In this document: positions 18,701-26,957 of the stretch, piece after piece
Numbering within the stretch: the first letter of the stretch is position 1
How the letters are laid out: each line of letters begins with the position of its first letter
The notes under the pieces: generated by a model
Seen by the model: only the letters and a program-made list of their open reading frames with translations
Told to the model about the DNA's origin: nothing
The model's database searches: none
IMG/VR virus record: IMGVR_UViG_3300033146_005439
Location: 1-64,000 of that record
Strand: one strand, 5' to 3'
Origin: a virus
Length of the DNA stretch: 64,000 nucleotides
Program-made: the position numbers and the translations under genes

Positions 18701-18943
18701 ACCATGTATAGATACATCAGGTAAATCACTTCTAACATCAAATACAAAAGCTTTACCAGGGATACCTATCTGAATAAGGGTGGTTTGACAAGTAAAAGGA
18801 TCTAAACCTGTACCCTCAGTATCTAACTCCAAAACAGGGAAATTAGATAAATAAGACAAGACTCTACGAGCTTCCTCTTCTGTTTTTATATATTCAAAAG
18901 GTGGTGGTGGAACTGATACCCTATTAGCCGACATTATACTCAT
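15725..18943 (-). CDS. polA: family A DNA polymerase (3'-5' exonuclease plus polymerase, no 5'-3' exonuclease), intein-containing
   Basis: Exonuclease motifs DTEGTGL, NCNYD, DTM, YAATD. Polymerase motifs TGRMSSNNPNLQNIP, VDQNSAEL (A), RTASKAISFGLAYG (B), IQG|SDAD, VHDEIV (C). Confidence 0.96.
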   Translation of the reverse strand: MSIMSANRVSVPPPPFEYIKTEEEARRVLSYLSNFPVLELDTEGTGLDPFTCQTTLIQIGIPGKAFVFDVRSDLPDVSIHGSLFKDLFSDKNILKILQNCNYDMKVLKAQFGYYIENIYDTMLVEQLLNLGVKQRGFSLAALVRQYLNMEMDKEPRGTFQDYYQEFTESQLSYAATDVCTLDIIRNMQLQKVSEYNLHEAVELEMQFTKPLAEMELNGITLDIEKWRIIMQEAEKEGEALKVNIENRLSKTQDQTTLFGVASINIDSPAQLLDALTKLGLSLEKTDAAALKRYAGHPVIDDILKYRKLYKLYTTYGEAVVERIHEKTGRLHTQFKQMVSTGRMSSNNPNLQNIPAKQKFRSCFIAGEDKALVTVDQNSAELAIMGDMSGEPNFIETHHNNLDLHTVNASRIFEVDYKEVKKPQRTASKAISFGLAYGISATGLGKRLGISKDEAQKLINSYFKVNSKLAAWLEESANNAIKEHSSTTITGRRRFYKIPDYSDPMRKKVVGAVKRKAKNHRIQGCLVFDSNINGLGYIGNYIDRKVTLETGFGLDSALGVYSGKKEVYDLKLSNGSVLGITLNHKIPVVSNNSGVLLDKVVKDIDVKEDFLLVPLTPINGITTDISGYKYEKGHWRETYKEYSYPATMNPKLAFVIGCLIGDGSYNQHNQIRFVCPKQQRELADKFCAFIEELFGYSVRLGVQHRDDEIREDLPTYNIYSVVIRGFLKHIGLDYVIHKDKSIPEYFYTESLENKGALLNGLFSTDGGVTKNSGPSYTTVSKKLASGVQNLLFSLGINSNLKEYKNDNSLTTYRLQIHKRYNAVFKELIGFSVDYKNKALETNKYNYKTGDGSIVPSFIPKLIERELRKTATYFTDFTSNEKAQLRRFKLGKCSFLSWRKFYEKLPEGKAKEFLSSFLDYDFVKVVSLDYKGVEPTYDLICDKIHYFTANGIIVHNSDADTIKKAMIICVDKLAKLPYEAKLVLSVHDEIVVECPKDKVDEVAKIVTSSVDEGFNMYFKQMPMYTDAVIGPCWLKGECSNEIDGEECGHNVMEFVPDDHYGSKLICSKCKAFQE
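16082..17374 (-). mobile_element. intein with LAGLIDADG homing endonuclease (431 aa) in PolA
   Basis: Begins at Cys (CLVFDS) after IQG. Block B ITLNH; LAGLIDADG blocks VIGCLIGDG and LNGLFSTDG. Ends YDL...ANGIIVHN followed by Ser+1; removal restores IQG-SDAD. Confidence 0.95.
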
Positions 18944-18947
18944 ATAA

Positions 18948-20024
18948 TTACCTCATTAGTACAGTTACTTTAAAAATATAATTATAAAAAGAATATTCAG
19001 AAGCCTTACCTTGAATGTAAATAGGCTCTAATAAAACATCTAATGATTTAGATAATTTGTGCCCTTGACTTACAGAAGACGCTTTTTTTAAACACCCCAC
19101 AAAATAACCTGTGACAGTTAGACGAATAGTTTCTACAGGATACTTTTTAATTAATTTACCAAAACTATTTATAGAATTTTTATATTCACCTTTAAACATA
19201 TAACGACATAAATCTATAACAGCAGGATCAGCTACATCTGTGCCTTCAGGTAATAAAAAAGTCCTAACACTATTTAAATCCCATGAACCTTCTGAAATCA
19301 CAGTACCTAAATAACCTAAAGCTTTCCTTAAAATTCCTTTAGACATATCAACAATGTATTGTAAAACTTCAATATTATAATTAATACCATCAAACTGACA
19401 TACATTTTCCAAAGCTTCTAACATTTCTACATCATCAATTGCAGAAAATACAAAATGATCACATCTATCTAAAAAAGCGTTGTCTCCTCGTTTATTAGCT
19501 AATTTTTCAGGCTCATTAGTACAAAAAATAAAATATACATGTTCATAAGCATCCTCCATAACTTTTAAAAGTAAATCTTTTGCTGCAGCTGTTAACTTAT
19601 GGCACTCATCAAAAATAATAATTTTATTCTTTAAACTAAATGCAGAAAAAGATAAATCTTTAACAATAGAAGCTATATCAGCTTTACCACTTTCAGAGCC
19701 TACATTTATTTCTAAATAATCTACACTATTTTGTGCTAAAATAGATAAACAATTAGCACATTTTAAACAAGGTTTAGTAGGATCAGTAGTTTCCGTACAA
19801 TTCAAACTCAAAGCTAAGATACGAGCCATAGTAGTTTTACCTGTCCCTGCAGGACCACTAAAAAGCATAGTATGTGTTAATTTATTTGTTTTCAACCTTT
19901 GAGACATAATCTTTTTTACAGAAGCATTACCTAAGAGTTCTTCTACTCTACAGGGTCTATATACGGTTTTTAAATCGTTTGCAGCTCCTTTTATCTGTCT
20001 TTTTATTAACATAAGTAACCTCAC
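18948..20024 (-). CDS. dnaX: clamp loader, DNA polymerase III gamma/tau-like
   Basis: YRP, GPAGTGKTT, LNC...PCLKCANC zinc module, DECH, FCTNE, DRC. Confidence 0.92.
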   Translation of the reverse strand: MRLLMLIKRQIKGAANDLKTVYRPCRVEELLGNASVKKIMSQRLKTNKLTHTMLFSGPAGTGKTTMARILALSLNCTETTDPTKPCLKCANCLSILAQNSVDYLEINVGSESGKADIASIVKDLSFSAFSLKNKIIIFDECHKLTAAAKDLLLKVMEDAYEHVYFIFCTNEPEKLANKRGDNAFLDRCDHFVFSAIDDVEMLEALENVCQFDGINYNIEVLQYIVDMSKGILRKALGYLGTVISEGSWDLNSVRTFLLPEGTDVADPAVIDLCRYMFKGEYKNSINSFGKLIKKYPVETIRLTVTGYFVGCLKKASSVSQGHKLSKSLDVLLEPIYIQGKASEYSFYNYIFKVTVLMR

Positions 20025-20482
20025 ATAAAATATCGTATATAAATTTCAGTTAATACACCATCACCTTTTAAAGCTTTTAATTGTTTAGCTTTCCTTCGAA
20101 TTAATAAATTTGCATTATTAGGACATACTGTATTAGTTGCCAAACAAGCACATTCTAAATCAGATAATTTGCTGGCTACAAATAAAACTTCTTCTGCTGT
20201 AACATTATACCGTCTCAAAATTTGCAAAAAAACATCTTTCTTACTTTTTTTAGCCCAATAAAAAGGAATATTTTTATTACGAAAAAAATTATAAGAAATT
20301 TTATTATCTGAAGATAAAAAAACAATAGGAAACTTACACTTTAGTTTATTTATAACTTCAAGGTCATCCATATTAAACAATTTATAAGGTACATTACTTA
20401 ACTCATCATAAAAAACTTTACCTTCTGTTAATACACCATCTACTTCAGAAACAATTAATTTTATATTACTCATATCACTCAT
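20021..20482 (-). CDS. KdsC/YrbI-like HAD protein with degenerate active site
   Basis: SEVDGVLTEG (canonical DVDGVLTDG), FNMDD, C-terminal KGDGVLTE. The GDDxxD motif is replaced by ASKLSD. Confidence 0.75.
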   Translation of the reverse strand: MSDMSNIKLIVSEVDGVLTEGKVFYDELSNVPYKLFNMDDLEVINKLKCKFPIVFLSSDNKISYNFFRNKNIPFYWAKKSKKDVFLQILRRYNVTAEEVLFVASKLSDLECACLATNTVCPNNANLLIRRKAKQLKALKGDGVLTEIYIRYFM

Positions 20483-20483
20483 T

Positions 20484-21365
20484 TTAATTCACCTTTTTAC
20501 CACATAGCATACAAACACCTTGCTTATCAATATTTAGTAAACAAGAATGTTCTTTTGAAATTAAAGACATAGTTTCTATACAAAGAACACATTTATCGGT
20601 CCTCTTAGCAATTTCTATTGCTTGTGCATAATGACTTTCTACAAATACTGTAGCATTACTTTGATTAAAATGCAATGCTTTATATTCCGGCGTAAAAGAT
20701 TTTTTTCTTCTTTCTACTGCAGTAGAATACGGCTGCATAATTAAATCATTATACAACACCCCATGCTTATCTAACCATGCTTCTGTTATACCCCTCCAAC
20801 GTTCAATTCTATTAGTACATATACTATGTATCTTAACTTGAGGTAATAAAAAAGGAAACACACCTTTAGAAATTTCATTCATATAAATAGAACCATCATC
20901 ATCAAATACTGCTGGATCAGTACAAATAACACCGTCCATATCAAACATATAGCTCTTGGTGGCTTCAATACCTAAAAAATTCCATTCAAACATACGAGGC
21001 CCATTTAATACTTCTGCATATAGATCTACTTTATTAATAGCTTTTGGGTGAGCGTATATAGCACAAGTAATACAATCATAGTTACGAGCTTCTTGTAAGC
21101 CTTTCTGCATAGCAGCGCCGCCATAAATACTATCATCTACTAAAAGAACCTTTCTACCCTTGGCTCTAAATAAAGAACCTCTGGCACCTACTTTTGGAAC
21201 TTCTCCTATAGCAGCTAAAGGTACTCCTAATAACGTAGCTAAAATCGAAGCAGGTAACATACCACTTCTAGGAATACCTATAACTAAACCTACATCCTTA
21301 GGTATTTTAGAAATTAATTTAGCTTTTATATCAAAACTAAGATCTTTTATAGATTTAAAATTCAT
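20484..21365 (-). CDS. type I phosphoribosyltransferase fused to HAD phosphatase
   Basis: VIGIPRSG and LLVDDSIYGG (PRPP loop), then FDMDGVIC, TNR, K and FVES HAD motifs. Confidence 0.85.
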   Translation of the reverse strand: MNFKSIKDLSFDIKAKLISKIPKDVGLVIGIPRSGMLPASILATLLGVPLAAIGEVPKVGARGSLFRAKGRKVLLVDDSIYGGAAMQKGLQEARNYDCITCAIYAHPKAINKVDLYAEVLNGPRMFEWNFLGIEATKSYMFDMDGVICTDPAVFDDDGSIYMNEISKGVFPFLLPQVKIHSICTNRIERWRGITEAWLDKHGVLYNDLIMQPYSTAVERRKKSFTPEYKALHFNQSNATVFVESHYAQAIEIAKRTDKCVLCIETMSLISKEHSCLLNIDKQGVCMLCGKKVN

Positions 21366-21874
21366 GATTTATTATATTTAATCCTCCATTCAGACCAAGA
21401 AATATTAAAAAATTCCTCGCAAGAAATTTCTTTTAAAAAAAATAACCACTCCTCTTCAGTAGGAGGTGCCTGCATAGTAATAAAAGTCACACCTGAATAT
21501 ATAAGATAAGCTTTTATCATCTCATTAACAAAAATATAAAATCTCTGGGCTAAGTGCTGTTGAGACATTATATGTGCAACATCAATAAATTTAGCTAAAT
21601 ACTGTAGAGAAGCTCTTTTTGATAAACTTTTAATACAGGAAGACTCTTCTCTAATTAAATGTACATATAAAGCTTCTGGATATTTATGTATCACTTGAGG
21701 TAACTTCCAAAACAACCGAGGATCACTCTCTATATGATTATCAGGATAAACATAATCTATATTAGTACTTAAAGTATTAGTTTCATGTGCTGACGTATAA
21801 TAAGGAAAATAACTACAAGCTTTACTAAAAGTTGTAGTACAACACCTACCTGTGCCTAAAATAAAAACCCTCAC
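21362..21874 (-). CDS. sulfotransferase-like / P-loop protein
   Basis: VFILGTGRCCTTT (5'-PSB-like), HE, VHLIRE...SL (3'-PB-like). Confidence 0.6.
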   Translation of the reverse strand: MRVFILGTGRCCTTTFSKACSYFPYYTSAHETNTLSTNIDYVYPDNHIESDPRLFWKLPQVIHKYPEALYVHLIREESSCIKSLSKRASLQYLAKFIDVAHIMSQQHLAQRFYIFVNEMIKAYLIYSGVTFITMQAPPTEEEWLFFLKEISCEEFFNISWSEWRIKYNKS

Positions 21875-22395
21875 TATTTTACTCCTGTTAAACTAAGATT
21901 AATATACCCATGATCATGCCCTCTTATAGGAGCCCCATTCAATATACTAGAAAAACCAGCTAAAGACAACAATTTTTTTAAATATCTTTCGTCAAACACA
22001 GCTCGATGAATATTACCAGGACCACCGTAAGTAAAAATTCTGCCATTTAACCATGTCATAAAATCATCATCATCATTAAATTTGCGCCAAGAATCACCAC
22101 AATGTTTATTTAAATAACAATGAACTAACTTTTCAAAATCAGGAACATGTAATTCTAAACAAGCGTCTTTTTTCAAAACACGGTAAGCTTCTTTTAAAGC
22201 ATCTAAACTCCTATACCACCATATATGCTCTAAAACATGACTAGCATAAATCAAATCTATAGAATTATCTTTAAAAGGTAAAGAATCAATCCCCCAACGT
22301 ACTACAATATCTATGTTATCAGCCTCATAAGGCCCTAAAGTTACCCAAGAATTATCAATTCTTTTATTTCCTGGCCCAATCTCAACTTTATTCAT
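21874..22395 (-). CDS. class I SAM-dependent methyltransferase
   Basis: VEIGPG, LPFKDNSIDLIYASHVLEH, RVLK...VPD. Confidence 0.9.
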   Translation of the reverse strand: MNKVEIGPGNKRIDNSWVTLGPYEADNIDIVVRWGIDSLPFKDNSIDLIYASHVLEHIWWYRSLDALKEAYRVLKKDACLELHVPDFEKLVHCYLNKHCGDSWRKFNDDDDFMTWLNGRIFTYGGPGNIHRAVFDERYLKKLLSLAGFSSILNGAPIRGHDHGYINLSLTGVK

Positions 22396-22402
22396 AATAA
22401 CC

Positions 22403-23311
22403 TCAACTAGTGTAATTTTTAGGTGCCCATTTTAAAGTACCATCCCAATCTAATAATTTATCAGAAAAAACAGCATAATCATTATACTGTTTAGATCCTG
22501 TAGCTTGATACATAGATTCAGGTGTTTTTATAATATCTTTTAAATAGTTATAACGCTCTTCAAAAGTACTGCCTTTTAAACTGCCTCCTGGCCTATTATA
22601 CCCAAAAAACCCTATATGCATCTGTCTATTAACAGATGGCATGATTACATTAAGATCTTCTTCTATTCTAGCTACATCACATAACCTATTTATCAAACCA
22701 GCTTGTTGATGATGCATATCAGTTTTATATCTATAAGTACGATCATGCCAATAACTTTTGTACAAGTCATTTAAAGCACACACAAAAGCGGCTGGATGCT
22801 CATAAAAAGCTTCTTTTGCGCAAGGCCTTACAAAAGTATTAAAAAAGTATTTATTGATAACAGGTGCTTGTGCTGCATAATGCCTATCTAATCTTATATC
22901 ATGAACATCTCCTGAATCATTAAAATTAAAAGAAGATATAACGGACCAAGAAGGCCCAATTAATTTAAATACAGCATCTAAATAAGCAAAATAAGTCTCA
23001 TGAATAAGTATATCATCCTCAATATAAAGTAACCAATCTTGGGTTTTATCAAAAACATATTTAAAACCTTCTAAAATATTAGCAGACAAACCAAATCTTT
23101 GTTTTCTATGTACACATTCATAAGGATAAGGATATTTTTCTATAATATGTAGTATCTCTTGAGGTGCCTCAAATTCAATAATAAAAATAGTTTTCAAAGT
23201 ATAATCTAACTTAAAAAATTCTCTAGCACGTATTTCATAATCAATACTTAATTGTAGCATTTCAGGTCTATTAAAAACCGGACGCATAATATAACGAGTA
23301 GTCATAATCAC
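22403..23311 (-). CDS. GT-A fold glycosyltransferase
   Basis: PVFNRPEML, GLSANILEG, YIEDD, PSVNRQMHIG. Confidence 0.75.
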   Translation of the reverse strand: MIMTTRYIMRPVFNRPEMLQLSIDYEIRAREFFKLDYTLKTIFIIEFEAPQEILHIIEKYPYPYECVHRKQRFGLSANILEGFKYVFDKTQDWLLYIEDDILIHETYFAYLDAVFKLIGPSWSVISSFNFNDSGDVHDIRLDRHYAAQAPVINKYFFNTFVRPCAKEAFYEHPAAFVCALNDLYKSYWHDRTYRYKTDMHHQQAGLINRLCDVARIEEDLNVIMPSVNRQMHIGFFGYNRPGGSLKGSTFEERYNYLKDIIKTPESMYQATGSKQYNDYAVFSDKLLDWDGTLKWAPKNYTS

Positions 23312-23790
23312 ACCTTTTTAGTTAATAAAATAAAATTATTACCTTCTTCTTTATATTCTTGTGGAGCTAAACCAGCTTGACTACAAAAATCAGATAACCA
23401 TTGCCGATCAAAACCTATATAATGAAAATTTTCTTTATACGTTTGACCGCCATATAAAAGCCAACTAGTATGTTGTGCTTTCCCAGGTGTATAATTAGCA
23501 CATATAACGGCTAGATTAGGCACTCTAAATTCTATAAAACCTCCCTTCTTTAAAACCCTTGCCCATTCAATTAAAATGGCTGATGTTCTTGATACAGGAA
23601 AATGTTCTAAAATATCAGAAGCTAATATATAATCAAAGGATTCTTCAGAATAACGAGATAAATCGGTAACATCACCAATAACATCTACATTAGGGAGTGT
23701 TTCTCTAATATCATAATTAGTACATTTATATCCTTTAGGATATTCTTCGTAAGTTCTATTACCACAGCCTAAATTTAAAGTTTTTTTCAT
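23308..23790 (-). CDS. class I SAM-dependent methyltransferase
   Basis: LNLGCG, DVIGD, ILASDILEH, EWARVLKKGG...VPN. Confidence 0.9.
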   Translation of the reverse strand: MKKTLNLGCGNRTYEEYPKGYKCTNYDIRETLPNVDVIGDVTDLSRYSEESFDYILASDILEHFPVSRTSAILIEWARVLKKGGFIEFRVPNLAVICANYTPGKAQHTSWLLYGGQTYKENFHYIGFDRQWLSDFCSQAGLAPQEYKEEGNNFILLTKKV

Positions 23791-23793
23791 TTA

Positions 23794-25200
23794 TTAAACC
23801 TCATTATGTTTCATATATTTTAAATTACCGCAATCCCAAATGCGGTCGTAACCCTCAAGGACTCTATTCTCCCACTCACTTAATACTTGAATATCATCTG
23901 CAGTTTTTCTAAAACTAAATCTATGCTTCCTTTTCTTACCATCAATATACCAATAATTAGGTTTGGTACATCCTACAAAATCAAAACCCAACACATCATA
24001 CAATTTACCAGAAGACCAACGCCTATCAGCATACGAAATAAGTATTCTCCAAGTATAATAATGTTCAAAAAAATTTAACAATTTAGACGCTATACCGATA
24101 ACCTGATAATTTAATTTTGTACAAAACCTATGAAGTTCCCAGACATCAACATAAGCATATCTATACCCTTTAGCCAAAGAAGGCCTAGCAAAAGTCATAA
24201 CAGCTACTAAGTAACCTTCATAAAAAGCCCCTAATTTTATAGAAGCTCCTGCACCATAACCTTGGAGATGATTTTCTTCACAAAAAAGTCTAGCTTCTCT
24301 TGCTGAAATTTCTTGAATAACACATTTTCTAGCATAAAGTTTACATAATTTAGCGGAATTTATAATAGCTAAAAGACGTGATTCAACAATACTCTTTTTA
24401 TATACCCACTCATCTTCAAAAATAGTTATAAGTTGAAAACCTTTACTTATACAGGCTTCCAATTTATTTAAATGATAATACCTATTTTTGCCATTCAACT
24501 CTGAATGCCAATAAAGGCCGCAGTATTCTATAGCTATTTTTAAATCTAATAAAACTATATCTAACTCATAAGGCTTTATTAAACTTCGATTATTACTCAC
24601 ACATTTCACATCATAATCATTTAATAAACTAATAAGTTCATCTTCGGCATAAGATCTTCCAACACCACTGCAAATAGGACATCTAGTTTTCTTACTTATA
24701 AAATTTCCCCATAAAACATAATAAATATGCCCGTTAGCACAAGTACATTTTAAAGGTGTTTTAGAATTTATATAAGCATCTTTTAACTGATATCCTTCCA
24801 CTTCAAGCTTATCTTTAACATACTCCGTAGATAATTTTACACCACCGTAGCAATAAGGACATCTGTGATTACCGTTATTCCAATTATGCCATGAACTTTT
24901 AAAAATATGACCTTCAGGACAACGTAATGTTAACTTTGTAAAAGCATTTTTATATTCAGAAGAAAGTAGACTATATCCCTCTTCACTAACTTTATTATTT
25001 ATATACTCTACAGATTTTTTAAATTTACCGCTACAAAAAGGGCACCCTACCCCACGTCTAAAATGATCCAATCTAATGCTGTGAACATGTCCTTTATCAC
25101 ATTTATATCTTAACTTAGTTTTAGAATTTACATATTCTGATAATAAAACCCACCCTCTTTTTGCAAATGCTTTCTTTATACTTTTTGTACTGTTTCGCAT
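23794..25200 (-). CDS. homing-endonuclease-like protein: three Zn-finger repeats, Vsr/PD-(D/E)XK nuclease, Mom/GNAT-like C-terminal domain
   Basis: Three CxxGH...CPxC repeats; ELDI...AIEYCGLYWHS; IFEDEW; WELHRFC...GIASKL...ISYADRRWSSGKLY. Confidence 0.75.
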   Translation of the reverse strand: MRNSTKSIKKAFAKRGWVLLSEYVNSKTKLRYKCDKGHVHSIRLDHFRRGVGCPFCSGKFKKSVEYINNKVSEEGYSLLSSEYKNAFTKLTLRCPEGHIFKSSWHNWNNGNHRCPYCYGGVKLSTEYVKDKLEVEGYQLKDAYINSKTPLKCTCANGHIYYVLWGNFISKKTRCPICSGVGRSYAEDELISLLNDYDVKCVSNNRSLIKPYELDIVLLDLKIAIEYCGLYWHSELNGKNRYYHLNKLEACISKGFQLITIFEDEWVYKKSIVESRLLAIINSAKLCKLYARKCVIQEISAREARLFCEENHLQGYGAGASIKLGAFYEGYLVAVMTFARPSLAKGYRYAYVDVWELHRFCTKLNYQVIGIASKLLNFFEHYYTWRILISYADRRWSSGKLYDVLGFDFVGCTKPNYWYIDGKKRKHRFSFRKTADDIQVLSEWENRVLEGYDRIWDCGNLKYMKHNEV

Positions 25201-26327
25201 AACGTAGCTTCTAATCTTGTTATCATCTTTTTCCCTATAGTCGTGTCATCAAAATTTGTATTTATATACTCTTTTAACTTCTTCCCTCGTAATTTAGCTT
25301 CTTCTTGATTTTCATAAACATTTCTCATAGTTAACGCTGCCTCATAAATATTTGCTTCTGCCCATAATTGATCTCCTTTATACCAAGGACTATAAGGCAT
25401 ACCAAACACAGGTGACAAAGCATAATCTATAAGATAACTATTATCAGAATTTAAATAAGTAAGTACACCACCAAACCCTGTTTCTATAACAGGCTTACCA
25501 TAGGAACCTGCTATAAAAGGACTTAAACCAAAACCTTCTCCTCTATCTAAAGAAATAAAACAATTAAAACGCTTATATAAAGCTCGCATTTCATCTTCAG
25601 ATAACATATCAGATACGAAAAAAATAGGTGGATAATTATCAAAAACAGTAACCTCTTTTAAACGAGTTATAGTTCTACGAATAGCATCTCTTTCAGAATC
25701 TGAATAATCAGATCTATATGTCTTCATCACTAAAGCCACATCTTCATTATTTTGAAAGGCATACCAATAAGCTTTAATTACAGCTAAAGGATTTTTCCTT
25801 TCAACAAATTGATTAACAAAACCAAAAGTATAAGTACTATCACTTAAGCCTTCTATACTATAAGTAGCAGCTTCTTGTACATCATCGACAGGTATAGCAT
25901 GTGGTAAAGAATAAATAGGTAATGTAACACCACTCCTTTTAAATATATCTACATTCCAATCACAACCTACAAAAATAATATCAGCATTATTATTAATAAA
26001 AGGTGGCCAAGAAGGATGTAATTTAGTTGTCTCCCATATAGTATACCCTACATTAAACTTAGAGTCTTCCCTAAATTTAGGCCAAAATTCTGGAGTACAA
26101 TGCATAATAACTACATTATATTCAATATCTTTTCTAATTAAACTTTCTATAATAGGACCTGCTTTACCTAAATCAGGATTTGCTTTTTCAAAAGATATTG
26201 GTTCTAAAGTTAAAGGTATTCCTAGTTTATGCAATGCTAATATATAACCTCGGGCAGCTTTTGCGTAGCCTGAATTATCTAAACAAGGGCTAATATATTT
26301 AATTCCTTTAATTTTACTCATACACAA
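25176..26327 (-). CDS. GT-B (family 4-like) glycosyltransferase
   Basis: SGYAKAAR, GYTIWET, ERKN, RGEGFGLSPF, PVIETGFGG. Confidence 0.9.
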   Translation of the reverse strand: MCMSKIKGIKYISPCLDNSGYAKAARGYILALHKLGIPLTLEPISFEKANPDLGKAGPIIESLIRKDIEYNVVIMHCTPEFWPKFREDSKFNVGYTIWETTKLHPSWPPFINNNADIIFVGCDWNVDIFKRSGVTLPIYSLPHAIPVDDVQEAATYSIEGLSDSTYTFGFVNQFVERKNPLAVIKAYWYAFQNNEDVALVMKTYRSDYSDSERDAIRRTITRLKEVTVFDNYPPIFFVSDMLSEDEMRALYKRFNCFISLDRGEGFGLSPFIAGSYGKPVIETGFGGVLTYLNSDNSYLIDYALSPVFGMPYSPWYKGDQLWAEANIYEAALTMRNVYENQEEAKLRGKKLKEYINTNFDDTTIGKKMITRLEATLCETVQKV

Positions 26328-26337
26328 CTCCTGCTTT

Positions 26338-26946
26338 TTAATTAGGTAATTTATTAGGTAAATAATCTACATATTGGCATTGTTCTTTTATACTACTAAT
26401 AAAATGGCGCCATTGTTTTAAATTATGATTCCATCTTTGATTAAACATATTTCTTAATACTTTATAATTAGTATTGACTATACGAGATTGTAAAAATCCT
26501 TCTGGAATATTCCATTTAACTCGTTGTAAATCTTCTCCTTTTAAACGTTTTGTATTATTAAAATTATCAGTAACCTCTATTAGAATATCATTAAATATAT
26601 TAATAATCCTACCATCAGTACCTTCTTCAAAATCAAATATAGTTGTAGGTCTTTTTTGAATAGTATGCATAGTAGATGCACTATTTTTAGTAGTCCCTAC
26701 TCTATAAGTATCAAATTCTTGCCACCAACCTCTGGGCGCCTTAATAAAAATCCATAATTGCATAGATTCCAAAAATTTATTATGCCCGCCATCATTAAAA
26801 GCCATCCCACGACAAGTTTTCTTCATTCTATCAAAACGTTCTATTGTCCACCACTCATCAAAAGATATAGCCTCATCTTTAAAAGACAAAGAAGTTCCTG
26901 CTAAAGCCCATTCATAACCAGCTTCACCTAAAATTTTAACCTCCAT
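26338..26946 (-). CDS. divergent ThyX-like (flavin-dependent thymidylate synthase fold) protein
   Basis: GHNKFLE, APRGWWQEFDTYR...NSASTMH, IPEG, NYKVLRN...QR.H: ThyX-like layout with TYR in place of RHR. Confidence 0.65.
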   Translation of the reverse strand: MEVKILGEAGYEWALAGTSLSFKDEAISFDEWWTIERFDRMKKTCRGMAFNDGGHNKFLESMQLWIFIKAPRGWWQEFDTYRVGTTKNSASTMHTIQKRPTTIFDFEEGTDGRIINIFNDILIEVTDNFNNTKRLKGEDLQRVKWNIPEGFLQSRIVNTNYKVLRNMFNQRWNHNLKQWRHFISSIKEQCQYVDYLPNKLPN

Positions 26947-26957
26947 ATAAATCCCCC

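Noticed and set aside
15725-18943. Calling the polymerase DpoZ
   Set aside because: It is family A, but Z selectivity cannot be read from motifs by eye; phylogeny and assay are needed.
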